DNA of 64,000 nt from an uncultured Acidobacteriota bacterium (GTDB taxonomy: Bacteria; Acidobacteriota; Vicinamibacteria; Vicinamibacterales; 2-12-FULL-66-21): positions 31,891 to 95,890 of the forward strand of contig CAVYZR010000007.1 of NCBI GenBank assembly GCA_963773005.1, read 5' to 3'. The position numbers and the translations under genes are program-made. Positions 1 to 9,063 of the stretch are shown in pieces. Every line of letters starts with the position of its first letter. Position 1 is the first letter of the stretch. A model generated the notes under the pieces. That model saw only the letters and a program-made list of their open reading frames with translations, searched no databases and was not told the DNA's origin.

Positions 1-383
1 GGGGTCGCGCCACGCCGGTAGACGGTGCGCCTGAAGTACAGGCCGTGCAGACCAACGGCGAGCAGCAGCGTCATCTTGACCACGAAGTACGGGTTCGTCA
101 GGTAGTCTTCGGCCTTGGAGGCGCCCAGCAGGGCGCCGCAACTCACCATGATCGAAAAGCCAAGCTGCTTCCAGGGGCGAAGGCTGCGGATCATGTCGTC
201 GATCAGAGTATCAGTCAGCGTCCAGCCAAGGAGACGCAGGTCCGTGATGAGAATCAACCCGCCAAACGTCGCGATGCACGCAAGATGCGTCGAGAGCAGA
301 ATCGGATATACGTACGACGATTCGCGGACGGCGGTGAAGATGCTCAGGTCCTGTATGAATCGGCCGATGGACGCGGCAGTCAT
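1..383 (-). CDS. Membrane protein, 3-prime end off window (paralog of the next gene)
   Basis: Absent from the ORF track because it has no stop in the window. ATG at 383-381 gives MTAASIGRFIQDLSIFTAVRESSYVYPILLSTHLACIATFGGLILITDLRLLGW... It has hydrophobic helices and shares the H..(hydrophobic)..G..DLRLLG motif with 396-833. Confidence 0.5.
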   Translation of the reverse strand, partial: MTAASIGRFIQDLSIFTAVRESSYVYPILLSTHLACIATFGGLILITDLRLLGWTLTDTLIDDMIRSLRPWKQLGFSIMVSCGALLGASKAEDYLTNPYFVVKMTLLLAVGLHGLYFRRTVYRRGAT

Positions 384-395
384 CGCAGCCAGGCC

Positions 396-833
396 TCAGG
401 TGAACGCGTAGAAGACGCCGGTGAAGACGACCGACACCCAAAGCATGAGCGACACGACGGCAACACTCCGGCCAACCGCGGACAGGTACCCTCCTCGCAC
501 GACCCGGGCACGAATGGTGTAGTTGAACGCGAGCGCGACCACGAGCAGTACCAACTTGAGCCGCATCGTCGGGTGCGCACTGTACCTGATCGGGTCGGTC
601 GAGAGAATCATCAGTCCGGTGGTGACGGCGACGATCAACCCGACGAGGCTGGCGAGCGTCGTCGCTCGCGCCAGCCGCGCCGGGCTCGCTGCACACACGC
701 CCACGCCCAGGAGGCGCAGATCAACCAGCGCAATCAATCCAATGCCGACGGCCAGGGATAGGATGTGCGCGACCTCGGTGACGCCGTAGGCCCACTCATG
801 CGCGTTCAGGAAATTGGCCGAGGTGTCGTACAT
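396..833 (-). CDS. Multi-pass membrane protein, family not recognised
   Basis: Track ORF 396..911. I prefer the ATG at 833 (MYDTSANFLNAHEWAYGVTEVAHILS...). It has four hydrophobic segments and is a tandem paralog of 1-383. Confidence 0.55.
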   Translation of the reverse strand: MYDTSANFLNAHEWAYGVTEVAHILSLAVGIGLIALVDLRLLGVGVCAASPARLARATTLASLVGLIVAVTTGLMILSTDPIRYSAHPTMRLKLVLLVVALAFNYTIRARVVRGGYLSAVGRSVAVVSLMLWVSVVFTGVFYAFT

Positions 834-1014
834 GGAGACCGCTGCTCTCCCTACGGTGGCGGTGTGCTCTTCGGGCCGAAGTCTAGCAGCGCTGACGTGA
901 GGATGCGACACCTTTTACCGTAAAGGTCGGTCCGTGGCTCACCCAGCATTAATAATGATAGCTCTGATGGCGTGGGCCGCTGCACCAGTAGCGGACGTTG
1001 TGCGGGTATCCACG

Positions 1015-2055
1015 TCAGCGACGGGGCGCGGACTGTTCGACGGAGCGCTTGATCGAGGCGAGCACGCTTTCGAGCGACGAGCGCGTCTTCTCGACGACGA
1101 TCTTGCGGAGGATCGAGCCTTTGACGCCAGTCAACCCTTCCTGCTCTGAGCCTTTGAGCGTCAGCAGATAGAAACCGTGCGGCGCGACCGTCGCTCCGTC
1201 GTCGACGCACACCGACGTGTCCAGCGCGGTATGGAAGTAGTGCGTCGCGTACAGCTGCTTGATCGCGACGACGCCGAAGTCGCGGCCCTGCGAGCGGCCG
1301 CGATAGATGACGGCGTGATTTACCCGAATCGTGGGCTTCAGTCCGAACGACACCTTCTCCCAGTGGAAGAAGCTGTCGGAGCCGGCGAGCTCGGCGTTCG
1401 GGTATTCGAGGAGGTAGCGACGCAGCTCCGGCAGCACGTCGGGCAGTGCCGATGCACGCCCGATCATCGTCTGGAACTGGTCGGCAACACGCGCGGGATG
1501 CTGCTTGTCCCGATATTCGCCGAGCGCCTCGTTGCCGCCACGTCGATACGCCTGCACCAGTTGCAGCACCCGCGGACGGGCGAGGGCGTTGGCCTGATCC
1601 GCCGCATCGGGCCGCGACCAGTCCACGCCGTCGCGAAACCGTTGCATCCCACTGGTCGGCAACTGCACGTCGCACGATCCTTCGCGGCAGTTCTTGAGGG
1701 CCTTCACATCGTCCGGGTCGAACGCGAGTGCGCTGAGATCCGCGACCGTCGCGTCTTCGCGGATCTCGCCGATCCCCTGGTATCCGGGCGTGCCGCGCAG
1801 CCGGCCGACGTCACGCGCGGCCTCGAGGTACGTGTCGGGTGACCCCTCCACGTGCACCGCGCCGAACACGTACACCTCGGACGGACCGCCCCACGGGAGG
1901 ACCCTCGCGACCGGACGGCCGGCGTCGATGGCCGCGATCTGTTGCGACGTCAGCCCGAGGTCCGTGAAGATTTTCAGCGGGACGCGTGCAACCGCCGCCT
2001 GAACGATGGCACTTGAAATCAGGCTGAGCGAAAGCAGCAGCGCGCGACGGTGCAT
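1015..2055 (-). CDS. Secreted hypothetical protein (signal peptide)
   Basis: 346 aa. The N-terminus MHRRALLLSLSLISSAIVQAA looks like a Sec signal. Coding-like composition throughout. No family recognised. Confidence 0.6.
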   Translation of the reverse strand: MHRRALLLSLSLISSAIVQAAVARVPLKIFTDLGLTSQQIAAIDAGRPVARVLPWGGPSEVYVFGAVHVEGSPDTYLEAARDVGRLRGTPGYQGIGEIREDATVADLSALAFDPDDVKALKNCREGSCDVQLPTSGMQRFRDGVDWSRPDAADQANALARPRVLQLVQAYRRGGNEALGEYRDKQHPARVADQFQTMIGRASALPDVLPELRRYLLEYPNAELAGSDSFFHWEKVSFGLKPTIRVNHAVIYRGRSQGRDFGVVAIKQLYATHYFHTALDTSVCVDDGATVAPHGFYLLTLKGSEQEGLTGVKGSILRKIVVEKTRSSLESVLASIKRSVEQSAPRR

Positions 2056-2105
2056 GGAACCTTCAATTCACGCGGTGACGATTGTGAGACCGTTTCAACG
2101 GTCCC

Positions 2106-2130
2106 CGCACGGCGCGTCGTGCGCCGTGCG
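2106..2130 (-). terminator. Perfect 10-bp stem / 5-nt loop hairpin after the DUF1269 gene
   Basis: cgcacggcgc-gtcgt-gcgccgtgcg, 16 nt downstream of the stop at 2147. There is no U-tract, so it is only terminator-like. Confidence 0.4.
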
Positions 2131-2146
2131 AGGACTCAGCATACGC

Positions 2147-2941
2147 TCAGCGGAGCGCTGATTTCGTCAGCTCCCACGCCTGATTGAGCTTGTCGGACCG
2201 CTCGCGGTAGTCGGCGCGGAGCTCGGCCACTCGCTTCTCGAGGCGTTGCTTCCGCTCATCACGTGCAGTTTTCAACTGTTCCTGCAAAGACGCGATCTTG
2301 GCTTCGCCCTCCTGCTTCACGGATTCGATGCGGGCTTTGAGCTCATCCCGTTTGTCCTGAAGCTTGTGGCGTGTGTCCTCGATTCTCGCCTCGAGCCTGG
2401 CCTTCCGCTCCGCCGAGGCCTTCTGGCGTTCAGCCTCCAGCGCGATCAACTCGTCGCGGTACGCGGCGATCTGCCGTTGATAGTAGGCGTCCTCGACCTC
2501 AATCCGATTGCGCCGGAATACGTGTCCGCCCAGCGCCTCCATCCGAGTGTCGATCGGCGCCTGCCAGTCCTCATCGACCTCGGTGATGACCGCGGTCTTT
2601 CCGGGGAGCAGATACTCCGACATCTCCTGCAGAAAGTCGTCGCTGATGCCCGCCCGAGCCAGATCGAACGTTGCTCCGATCATCGTCCCGGTGCTCGCGC
2701 CGACCGCCACGCCGATTGGCCCGCCAAGGAGGCCGACGAGGCTTCCGGTGAGCAGACCGAAGAACGTGCCCTCCGGACCCTCGCTCGTTTCTCGCACCTC
2801 GACCTTTCCGCTCGGGTCCTTGGCGACGACCGCGTTCGAATACAACGTGATGCTGCCGTCCGCGTGCAGGTCGCGAAACGCTCGCAATCCTTCGTACGCC
2901 TGTTTCTCATCGTTGAATACGACTGCCACTACTTTGTCCAT
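2147..2941 (-). CDS. DUF1269-like membrane/stress protein with a C-terminal coiled-coil extension
   Basis: VVAVVF... N-terminus, Gly-rich segment GLLTGSLVGLLGGPIGVAVGASTG, and ...LLPGKTAVITEV...GGHV match the DUF1269 pattern. The last ~110 aa are K/E/R/A-rich heptad-like sequence. Confidence 0.7.
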   Translation of the reverse strand: MDKVVAVVFNDEKQAYEGLRAFRDLHADGSITLYSNAVVAKDPSGKVEVRETSEGPEGTFFGLLTGSLVGLLGGPIGVAVGASTGTMIGATFDLARAGISDDFLQEMSEYLLPGKTAVITEVDEDWQAPIDTRMEALGGHVFRRNRIEVEDAYYQRQIAAYRDELIALEAERQKASAERKARLEARIEDTRHKLQDKRDELKARIESVKQEGEAKIASLQEQLKTARDERKQRLEKRVAELRADYRERSDKLNQAWELTKSALR

Positions 2942-3133
2942 ATGCGCCTTCCTTTCTGGTTGCGTTGCGCCTACTGACTTCCAGCCTGTCGCTTCACGGG
3001 CTCATACGCCCTGCTTTCCTCCGGTCTTCACGCCCGGGCTCCGCTCGCGACCTTTGTCTTTCATCGTTCGGGGGAGACTCAGCGGCGGGCGGTTGGTCCG
3101 GCACTGCGCGCCCTCCCTCCCGTTGTTCGCGTT

Positions 3134-3463
3134 TCACTTCTTGGCGGTTTTGAATTTGGCTCCGAGTTCGTCAATGGAGGCCTTGAACTTCGCCACCTCC
3201 GCGTCGATCTCGCTCTTGGCCCTCGCAACGGAGCTCGCATGTGTCGTCTTGAGGTCCTGCAGCTTCCGATCGATGTTCTCCTTCACCGCCTTCAAGTGAT
3301 CGATCGCCGCCGTCTCCGCCTGCTTGCGTTTGTCTTTGGCCTTCGCCTCGAACTGTTCGAGCGTGGCTTTCGCGTCGCCGATCTGCGCTTTGATCTTGTC
3401 CTCGTATGCCTTCAGCGTCTCCGAAGCCGTGTGGCTGCTCGAAGTTGTTGTAGTGGTCGCCAT
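3134..3463 (-). CDS. Small K/E/A-rich coiled-coil protein (LEA/apolipoprotein-like)
   Basis: 109 aa with a T/S-rich head followed by amphipathic repeats. It is in the same operon-like string as the DUF1269 genes. Confidence 0.6.
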   Translation of the reverse strand: MATTTTTSSSHTASETLKAYEDKIKAQIGDAKATLEQFEAKAKDKRKQAETAAIDHLKAVKENIDRKLQDLKTTHASSVARAKSEIDAEVAKFKASIDELGAKFKTAKK

Positions 3464-3491
3464 TGCCTGCGTCCTTTCATGTGTTGACGTG

Positions 3492-3692
3492 TTACCGGGC
3501 GGCGTGCAGGGTCGCTTCGACCTTCGCCCGCTGCTCCCTGCTCAACGTGGTGCGCAGCACCATGCCGCCGTAGCCTTTAAAGGCATCGGCGACCAGGTCG
3601 GGATTGATTGTCCGCGCCAGCGCGAAGACTGCCGAATCGCCGGGTTGAAGCATCATGTCCTTCTTGAAGCCGACGACGATCAGTTCAGTTAT
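3492..3692 (-). pseudogene. Internally deleted DUF1269 remnant with a degenerate start codon
   Basis: Reads (ATA)TELIVVGFKKDMMLQPGDSAVFALARTINPDLVADAFKGYGGMVLRTTLSREQRAKVEATLHAAR. The DUF1269 N-terminal LIVVGF motif is joined directly to the C-terminal PG.SA.F....GG.VL.T.LS.E motif. The expected ATG is ATA, overlapping the STAS stop as ATAA. The only in-frame ATG (3656) gives 54 aa, which is below the track threshold. Confidence 0.35.
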
Positions 3693-4000
3693 TGGTTCTC
3701 CTTCCAGTCAGTGGTGTGTTTCTCTTCGCCGGGATCCGCTCGTGAGCAGATGACATATCGATTCATGCACCCGGCTACGACGAACTCGACGTCGTTGTCA
3801 GCCATGCGATGGAGCAACTGTTCACCCGCCGGATCAATGAAGTCGACGTTCGACAGCACCAGCGTCACCTTCGCCGACGGCACGTCGTCCATGATGGAGC
3901 GCCAGTGCTGTTCGAGCACCGCCACCCATTCGCCGCCGAGTGTCCCATGCAGGTCGAGCCGGTAGCTGTCTCCCTGCCTGTCGGTAATCACCCGTAACAT
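3689..4000 (-). CDS. STAS-domain protein (anti-sigma-antagonist-like)
   Basis: MLRVITDRQGDSYRLDLHGTLGGEWVAVLEQHW...VTLVLSNVDFIDPAGEQLLHRM fits a STAS fold. The track ORF extends to a TTG at 4087; I prefer the ATG at 4000. Confidence 0.65.
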   Translation of the reverse strand: MLRVITDRQGDSYRLDLHGTLGGEWVAVLEQHWRSIMDDVPSAKVTLVLSNVDFIDPAGEQLLHRMADNDVEFVVAGCMNRYVICSRADPGEEKHTTDWKENQ

Positions 4001-4372
4001 TGATGCGCTCTCGCCACAGGCGACGACGTTCGCTGCGAACTCCGGCGCGTCGTCGTAGTCGCGTTCGTTGCGGTAAAGTGAAGGCAAGATCGATACCCCG
4101 CGCGGCGAATGCCGGACCGCAGCGGTATCTGCTTGTCCGTCATGAGGTTCACGCCAGCCGTCGGCGGCACCGAACGGTTTCGCTGTGGCGAAATGAAGTC
4201 AGAGGTTTCCGGGACGTCACGCCGACCGGGGCACGACAGTCACCTCGCCGCCACGATGGTGGTGGGAAAACTTTCGCGCTCGTGGACGCCGGGCCTTAGG
4301 CTACGATCGTGACCATCACAGACTCCGACTGGTGCCGGTCGGCAGTTTAGTGGTCGGCTCTGAGGTTCTGTC

Positions 4373-6451
4373 ATGCCTCTCACACGTGTGATCGACCTGA
4401 TCGGTCGTAACACTCAACTTGACCAGTTTCTGCCGCCGCTGGCCGCCTCTCTTCGAACAGTCGCCAACTTCGATGTGCTTGGAGTGGTCGTTCCGCATGA
4501 CGGATGGAGAACCGCGCAGCTCAGCTTCGTGCGCCTTGAATCGCCTGACGGCGCGTCGACGGCGCAGGTTCAGTCGATGGCTGTTGCGCGGCTCGATCAA
4601 GCGCGGCTGGCTGCCCTCGTCGAAACGGGTTCCCCGGCGATGGTCTTCGACCACCTTGACGCGCGTGCCGAATACGCGGATGTGATCGCCGCGTTGCGCG
4701 GCTTTGGCCAGCGGTCGGCCTGTCTGCTGCCACTCGCAACGGCGCTGGGCCCGGTGGGGCTGATCGCATTCGCGTCGTCGCGCGAGGGGACGTACAGTCA
4801 GTGCGACACCAGTTTCTTGCGGCACATCGGCGCGCTGGTTGCCATGGCGATCGACAACGAACGCCACCAGCAGGAGGTGGTGGCGCGTGAGCGTCAGCTG
4901 CAAGCCGAGCGCGATCACTGGCGAACGCTGCTCGAGGTGACCAACGCGGTCGTTACCGAGCGTGACGTCGCTGCACTGCGTGCGGCCATCGTGCCGAACG
5001 TCCGGCGGATCGTCCCGCACGATCACACGAACCTGTATCTCATCGACGAACAACGCCAGCTCGGACCTTTCGTGATCGATCCGACCGCTCCGGCGTGGCC
5101 CGACGAGCTGGCCACGCAGATCCGGCTCGACCGGGAACCATACAGGTCGTGGCTCGCCCCCTTCGATCGCGCCGTCGACGTGGACGTCACGCACGCCGAT
5201 CCGACCGGGTGGGAAGCGCTGCACGCGCACGCCGTGGCGTCGGGTGTGAAGCGGATCTGCAACGCGCCGCTAGTGACATCCCACCGTGTGCTCGGGATCC
5301 TCTCTCTCGGCCGCCTGACGCCGACGCCGTTCACGAGCGACGAGTTGGGCTGGGTCGCGCAGATCGCCGAGCAGATCGCTGTCGCGCTCGAGAATGCGCT
5401 CGCGTTCAGCGAGATTGCCTCGCTGAAGGATCGCCTTGCATCCGAGAACATCTACCTTGAAGAAGAGATTCGCGACGCCCAGCATTTCGGAGAGATCGTC
5501 GGCGACAGCAGGGCGCTGAAACGCATCTTGAGCCAGGTGGCCACGGTGGCACCGACCGACGCCAGCGTACTGCTGCTCGGCGAGACCGGCACGGGCAAGG
5601 AGCTCATCGCGCGGGCGATTCACGCCGAGGGTGATCGCCGGGGCCGGGCGCTCGTGACAGTGAACTGCGCCACCTCGCCCGCGGGGCTGCTCGAAAGCGA
5701 ATGGTTCGGCCACGAGCGTGGAGCGTTCACCGGGGCACTGGCGCAGAAAATCGGCCGTTTCGAGCTGGCGCATCAGGGCACGTTGTTCCTCGACGAGATC
5801 GGCGACGTGCCACTCGAACTGCAGTCGAAGCTGCTGCGCGCGCTTCAGCAGCGTGAAATCGAGCGATTGGGAAGCACGCGAACCATTCGCGTCGACTTTC
5901 GGCTGATCGCCGCCACCAACCGCGATCTCGAGGAGATGGTCGCCAGGCGGGAATTCCGTTCGGACCTGTACTACCGGCTGAACGTCTTTCCAATCCGGAT
6001 TCCGCCGCTGCGGGAACGCCGGGAGGACATTCCGCTGCTCGTCCGCTACTTCGCGCAGCGGTTCGCCAAGGGGCTGCGGCGGCCCATCGAATCGGTCTCC
6101 CGCGAGAGCATGGAGATGCTGTGCCGTTGGCCGTGGCCCGGCAACGTCCGCGAGCTGCAGAACGTGATCGAGCGCGCGGTCATCCTGTCGCAGGGCACGG
6201 TGCTGACCGTACCCCGCTCCGAGTTCGAGTCGCCCTTGCCGTCGATGTCCTCGCCCGTGACGCTAGAGGACGCCGAACGCGACCACATCCTGCGCGCACT
6301 CGACCAGACCGGCTGGGTGATTGGCGGCGCCGGCGGCGCGGCTGCGCAACTCGGCCTCAAGCGTACGTCACTCGTCTCGACGATGCGGCGCCTGGGTATT
6401 GTCCGACCAAAGACACACGTGGGCGCGAATCGCGACGTTCGCGCCCGGTGA
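4373..6451 (+). CDS. Sigma-54-dependent transcriptional activator with N-terminal GAF-type sensor domains
   Basis: 692 aa. AAA+ sigma-54 interaction domain (GETGTGKE, GAFTGA, LFLDEIGD) and a C-terminal Fis-type HTH. The ~350 aa N-terminal region is GAF-like (FhlA-type architecture). Confidence 0.9.
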   Translation: MPLTRVIDLIGRNTQLDQFLPPLAASLRTVANFDVLGVVVPHDGWRTAQLSFVRLESPDGASTAQVQSMAVARLDQARLAALVETGSPAMVFDHLDARAEYADVIAALRGFGQRSACLLPLATALGPVGLIAFASSREGTYSQCDTSFLRHIGALVAMAIDNERHQQEVVARERQLQAERDHWRTLLEVTNAVVTERDVAALRAAIVPNVRRIVPHDHTNLYLIDEQRQLGPFVIDPTAPAWPDELATQIRLDREPYRSWLAPFDRAVDVDVTHADPTGWEALHAHAVASGVKRICNAPLVTSHRVLGILSLGRLTPTPFTSDELGWVAQIAEQIAVALENALAFSEIASLKDRLASENIYLEEEIRDAQHFGEIVGDSRALKRILSQVATVAPTDASVLLLGETGTGKELIARAIHAEGDRRGRALVTVNCATSPAGLLESEWFGHERGAFTGALAQKIGRFELAHQGTLFLDEIGDVPLELQSKLLRALQQREIERLGSTRTIRVDFRLIAATNRDLEEMVARREFRSDLYYRLNVFPIRIPPLRERREDIPLLVRYFAQRFAKGLRRPIESVSRESMEMLCRWPWPGNVRELQNVIERAVILSQGTVLTVPRSEFESPLPSMSSPVTLEDAERDHILRALDQTGWVIGGAGGAAAQLGLKRTSLVSTMRRLGIVRPKTHVGANRDVRAR

Positions 6452-6464
6452 CGGGCGTCGCTTT

Positions 6465-6502
6465 CCCGGGATTCAACCGGCCTCCGGGTCTTTTCCTGCA
6501 GG
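6465..6502. repeat. Possible eroded third copy of the tRNA-Cys 3-prime (att) sequence
   Basis: ggcgtcgctttcccgggattcaaccggcctccgggtcttttcctgcagg aligns with gaps to ggcgccgcccggatttgaaccggggatggaggttttgcaga (roughly 30 of 45 positions, eyeballed). It starts about 10 nt after the stop of the conserved activator gene. Confidence 0.3.
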
Positions 6503-6628
6503 CAAGCGCATGGCCGCGCCGCTGAAAACGCCTGCCCGCACTCGCACCTCGACGGACTCGAATCGGAACTCGGCCACCGCCTCAAACCGCGCGGCATGAG
6601 ACGGGATCCATCTCGTCCACGTAATCCT

Positions 6629-6790
6629 TTACGATTGGCCCCCAAGGCCAAGCAGGCCGGCGTCGCGCCAATGGAATACATGGGTGCACGCCGCGCATAC
6701 GCGCAACACTCCGAACCAGCGAACGTCGGTGCCGCGACACGCGGGACATCGCCTGATTGCTCCCAACGGCGCGAGTGCCCGAATGTCCAT
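6629..6790 (-). CDS. Possible 53-aa zinc-ribbon ORF (speculative)
   Basis: MDIRALAPLGAIRRCPACRGTDVRWFGVLRVCAACTHVFHWRDAGLLGLGGQS has CPAC-x17-CAAC spacing. It is below the ORF-track size cutoff, has a weak RBS, and could be a chance ORF in GC-rich DNA. Confidence 0.2.
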   Translation of the reverse strand: MDIRALAPLGAIRRCPACRGTDVRWFGVLRVCAACTHVFHWRDAGLLGLGGQS

Positions 6791-6844
6791 GCTCGCCACG
6801 CTGCCCTCTCTTTCGTCGGGCTACGGTGGCGACTTCGCGGGGAA

Positions 6845-7400
6845 AGTTCTGTTGAAACTGAATTGGCGTGCGCATGCTGTGATCGCGCAAGCCGGCCTGA
6901 AGCGGCGATTCATGTTGACCGATCTGCGGAGTGCCGTGGCCGACCTCGGCGACGTTGGGCACGTTGTGATACACCCACGGGTCGCGAACGAGCAACTCAC
7001 CCTGGTGAGGCGCTGGCATCTTGGGGGCGGGGACACCCATCGTGGGTAGCCCGGCGAGCAGAGCGCCGACCAGGCGATCGTCCTGCATCGGCGGCCCGAA
7101 GTGATCGCTCTGATAGCTGAGGACGCGGCCGTTCTGATCGAGGCCGATCTTGATGTCGGAAGCCAGGGCAGACGATCGCGTGGACCACTGCACGTCTTCC
7201 GCGCGCATCCACTGCACACGAACCGGCCGGCCTACTGCCTTCGAGAGCAACACCGCCTCGTCTTCCGCGCCTGCATTGCCGCCGTTCGACCTGCCGTAGT
7301 GACCCGATCCCGCGTAGGTCCTGATCACCACCTTGTCCACGGGAACGTTGAGCATGATCGCAATGCCTTTGCGGAGGAATTGCGGATTCTGCGTGTTCGT
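6845..7400 (-). pseudogene. Fragment of an aldehyde oxidase/IorB-type molybdopterin-binding subunit
   Basis: ...HTNTQNPQFLRKGIAIMLNVPVDKVVIRTYAGSGHYGRS...RPVRVQWMRAEDVQW... matches only the middle of ~700-aa xanthine-dehydrogenase-family beta subunits. There is an in-frame TGA about 70 nt upstream. After ...FQQNFPRE the reading frame becomes Arg-rich nonsense. Confidence 0.6.
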
Positions 7401-7582
7401 GTGGACGGTCGGTGATCTTGTTACGCGATGCGTGCCAGCCCGACCAGCTCGCAGCGGGAGACGGTCAACGTCTCCTGAACGCCAACGACGTGAGGGCGTA
7501 GACCATGCTAAAACACACGCTTCAATGGCGCGGGGCGCGGGGCGCGACGTGGCCGCGCGACCTCGAAGGGAGATGACACTGT

Positions 7583-8032
7583 ATGACCCATCAATACCTC
7601 ATCGCACTCTGGCTGACGGCAGCGCCGTTCGTGGAGGCAGCTCCCGCAGCACAGGCAGACGGGCCAGATGCAACAGAGGTGAGGCGCCTCGAGAGCGTCT
7701 GGAACGAAGCCCACCTCCGAGGCGATGCCGATGCAATGGACCGGTTGTGCGCAGACGATTTGGTGGTGACCGTACCTGGCATGAGGTTGATGACGAAGAC
7801 TGAATCCGTTAGCGTCCTCCGCTCCGGACGGATGACATTCGACCGGTACGAGACGTCGGACGTGCGCGTCCGAGTGTACGGCGACGCCGCCGTCGTCACG
7901 GGCCGACTCCAACGCACGCGCACGATCAACGGCAAATCCATGGACGACGACTGGCGTTTTACAAAGACATGCGTGAAGCGCTCCGGACAATGGCAAGTCG
8001 TCGCCTTTCATGCGTCGACCAATGCTCAATAG
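7583..8032 (+). CDS. SnoaL-like/DUF4440 (NTF2-fold) protein with signal peptide
   Basis: 149 aa. EVRRLESVWNEAHLRGDADAMDRLCADDLVVT...GRLQRTRTINGKSMDDDWRFTKTCVKRSGQWQVVAFHAS is the typical DUF4440 pattern. Confidence 0.7.
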   Translation: MTHQYLIALWLTAAPFVEAAPAAQADGPDATEVRRLESVWNEAHLRGDADAMDRLCADDLVVTVPGMRLMTKTESVSVLRSGRMTFDRYETSDVRVRVYGDAAVVTGRLQRTRTINGKSMDDDWRFTKTCVKRSGQWQVVAFHASTNAQ

Positions 8033-8119
8033 CTAGTACATCCGTCGGTGCGGCCGGGGGCTTGGCAGGCCAGCTTAACGACAGTAGCTAGGGCGAGCCA
8101 CATCCGAAAGGAGGTCGAC

Positions 8120-8745
8120 GTGGCTCGTCGACGGGTTGTTACGGGTTGTTTGTTCAAACGCGGCAAGCGCCGCAAGGTATGGGTGGGCGTTGGAGAGAGG
8201 ACGTCGTGCTGAATGGTGGCGGTCTCGGGTACGTCCAACGATCGGTCATTCTCGGCAGTCTCGTGGAACTGCCGACGAAGCGCGACGCGCAGACGCGACT
8301 CGACGAACACTTGCGACCGATCAACACGGGAGCGGCGCGGCCGCAGTCTTCGATGAGCTTCGGCTCGTTCGCCGAGGATCAATGGAAGGCGGTCGTACTG
8401 CCGACTTTCAAGCGCTCGACAGGCTACATCGTCCCGCAGGTATTCTTCCGCGACGTCGCCGAGGGACGTGGTGGCGACAAGAAGCCACAGCCGATTCTGG
8501 CGTTCTACAAAGCATGGAAAGCCGCGTGTCGCGCAGCGGGATGTCCCGGTCGTATTCCCCACGACCTGCGACGGACAGCAGTCCGGAATCTCGTGCGCGC
8601 CGCAGTCCCCGAGCGCGTGGCGATGCAGTTGACGGGACACAAAACGGCCAGCGTGTTCAACCGCTACAACATCACCTCACCTGGAGACCTGCGCGACGCC
8701 GCGAGGGCGCTCGACGCGGCTACGCTACGCGCCAAACAGGGATAG
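8120..8745 (+). pseudogene. Tyrosine recombinase (phage-type integrase), frameshifted and internally deleted
   Basis: GGAGG RBS plus GTG at 8120 give VARRRVVTGCLFKRGKRRKVWVG. A 1-nt loss near 8188 moves the frame into RWREDVVLNGGGLGYVQRSVILG...FAEDQW. At ~8420-8440 the sequence jumps straight to the C-terminal HDLRRTAVRNLVRAAVPERVAMQLTGHKTASVFNRYNI. The core-binding half and the first catalytic Arg/Lys region (~170 aa) are missing. Confidence 0.75.
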
Positions 8746-8839
8746 CCCCGATACGCTACCGATACGCTACTTTTGAGCTCCACACGGGTCCGCCAGCGGC
8801 CCGTGCCGGGGCAAAATTCGCGTTTTTATTAGGAAATTT

Positions 8840-8884
8840 TGGAGGCGCCGCCCGGATTTGAACCGGGGATGGAGGTTTTGCAGA
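8840..8884. repeat. 45-nt direct repeat identical to the 3-prime part of tRNA-Cys (att site)
   Basis: tggaggcgccgcccggatttgaaccggggatggaggttttgcaga is identical to 10559-10603 (anticodon loop to CCA). The flanking gaaattt is also shared. Confidence 0.85.
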
Positions 8885-9025
8885 TTAAGCAGGAACTGGC
8901 TATGTGGTTGACTCGTCTTGCTTTCTGGTGTCTGCCAGACCTTTGTTTTACCCGGTATTTGGGCGGTTTTGGACCTAAGTTGGACCCAAGTTCCGGCTAG
9001 AGGTTTTTCGGAGGTCCTGGGCACA

Positions 9026-9063
9026 TTGACACTGCCGATTTTATGTGGTCACAATGACCACAT
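9026..9063 (+). promoter_or_regulatory. Putative TA promoter (TTGACA-17-TCACAA) with an overlapping 9-3-9 perfect palindrome operator
   Basis: TTGACA at 9026-9031, then a 17-nt spacer, then TCACAA at 9049-9054. ATGTGGTCA-CAA-TGACCACAT (9043-9063) overlaps the -10 and the antitoxin ATG. Confidence 0.5.

Larger units (their letters stand above)
6503..8839. mobile_element. Decayed older integrative element (integrase remnant, NTF2-fold gene, IorB fragment)
   Basis: It lies between the candidate eroded att copy (6465-6502) and the 45-nt tRNA-Cys repeat (8840-8884). The integrase remnant abuts the tRNA-proximal repeat. Confidence 0.35.

Noticed and set aside
45-761. Long ORFs opposite to or out of frame with clearly homologous genes. 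Examples: 45..761 +, 4316..5230 -, 17362..18402 -, 23429..24421 -, 31984..33735 -, 41494..42537 -, 46553..47659 -, 51412..52398 -, 53746..55089 -, 62321..63637 -.
   Set aside because: They have Arg/Ala/Gly/Pro-rich composition typical of shadow ORFs in high-GC DNA. Each overlaps a gene with recognisable family motifs on the other strand or in another frame.
2967-2984. Sigma-54-like match upstream of the DUF1269 gene (minus strand cTGGAAGtcagtagGCgc; GG-N10-GC spacing is satisfied).
   Set aside because: Apart from the invariant dinucleotides, the flanking positions match poorly (AAG for CAC, AGGC for TTGC). This is likely chance in GC-rich DNA.
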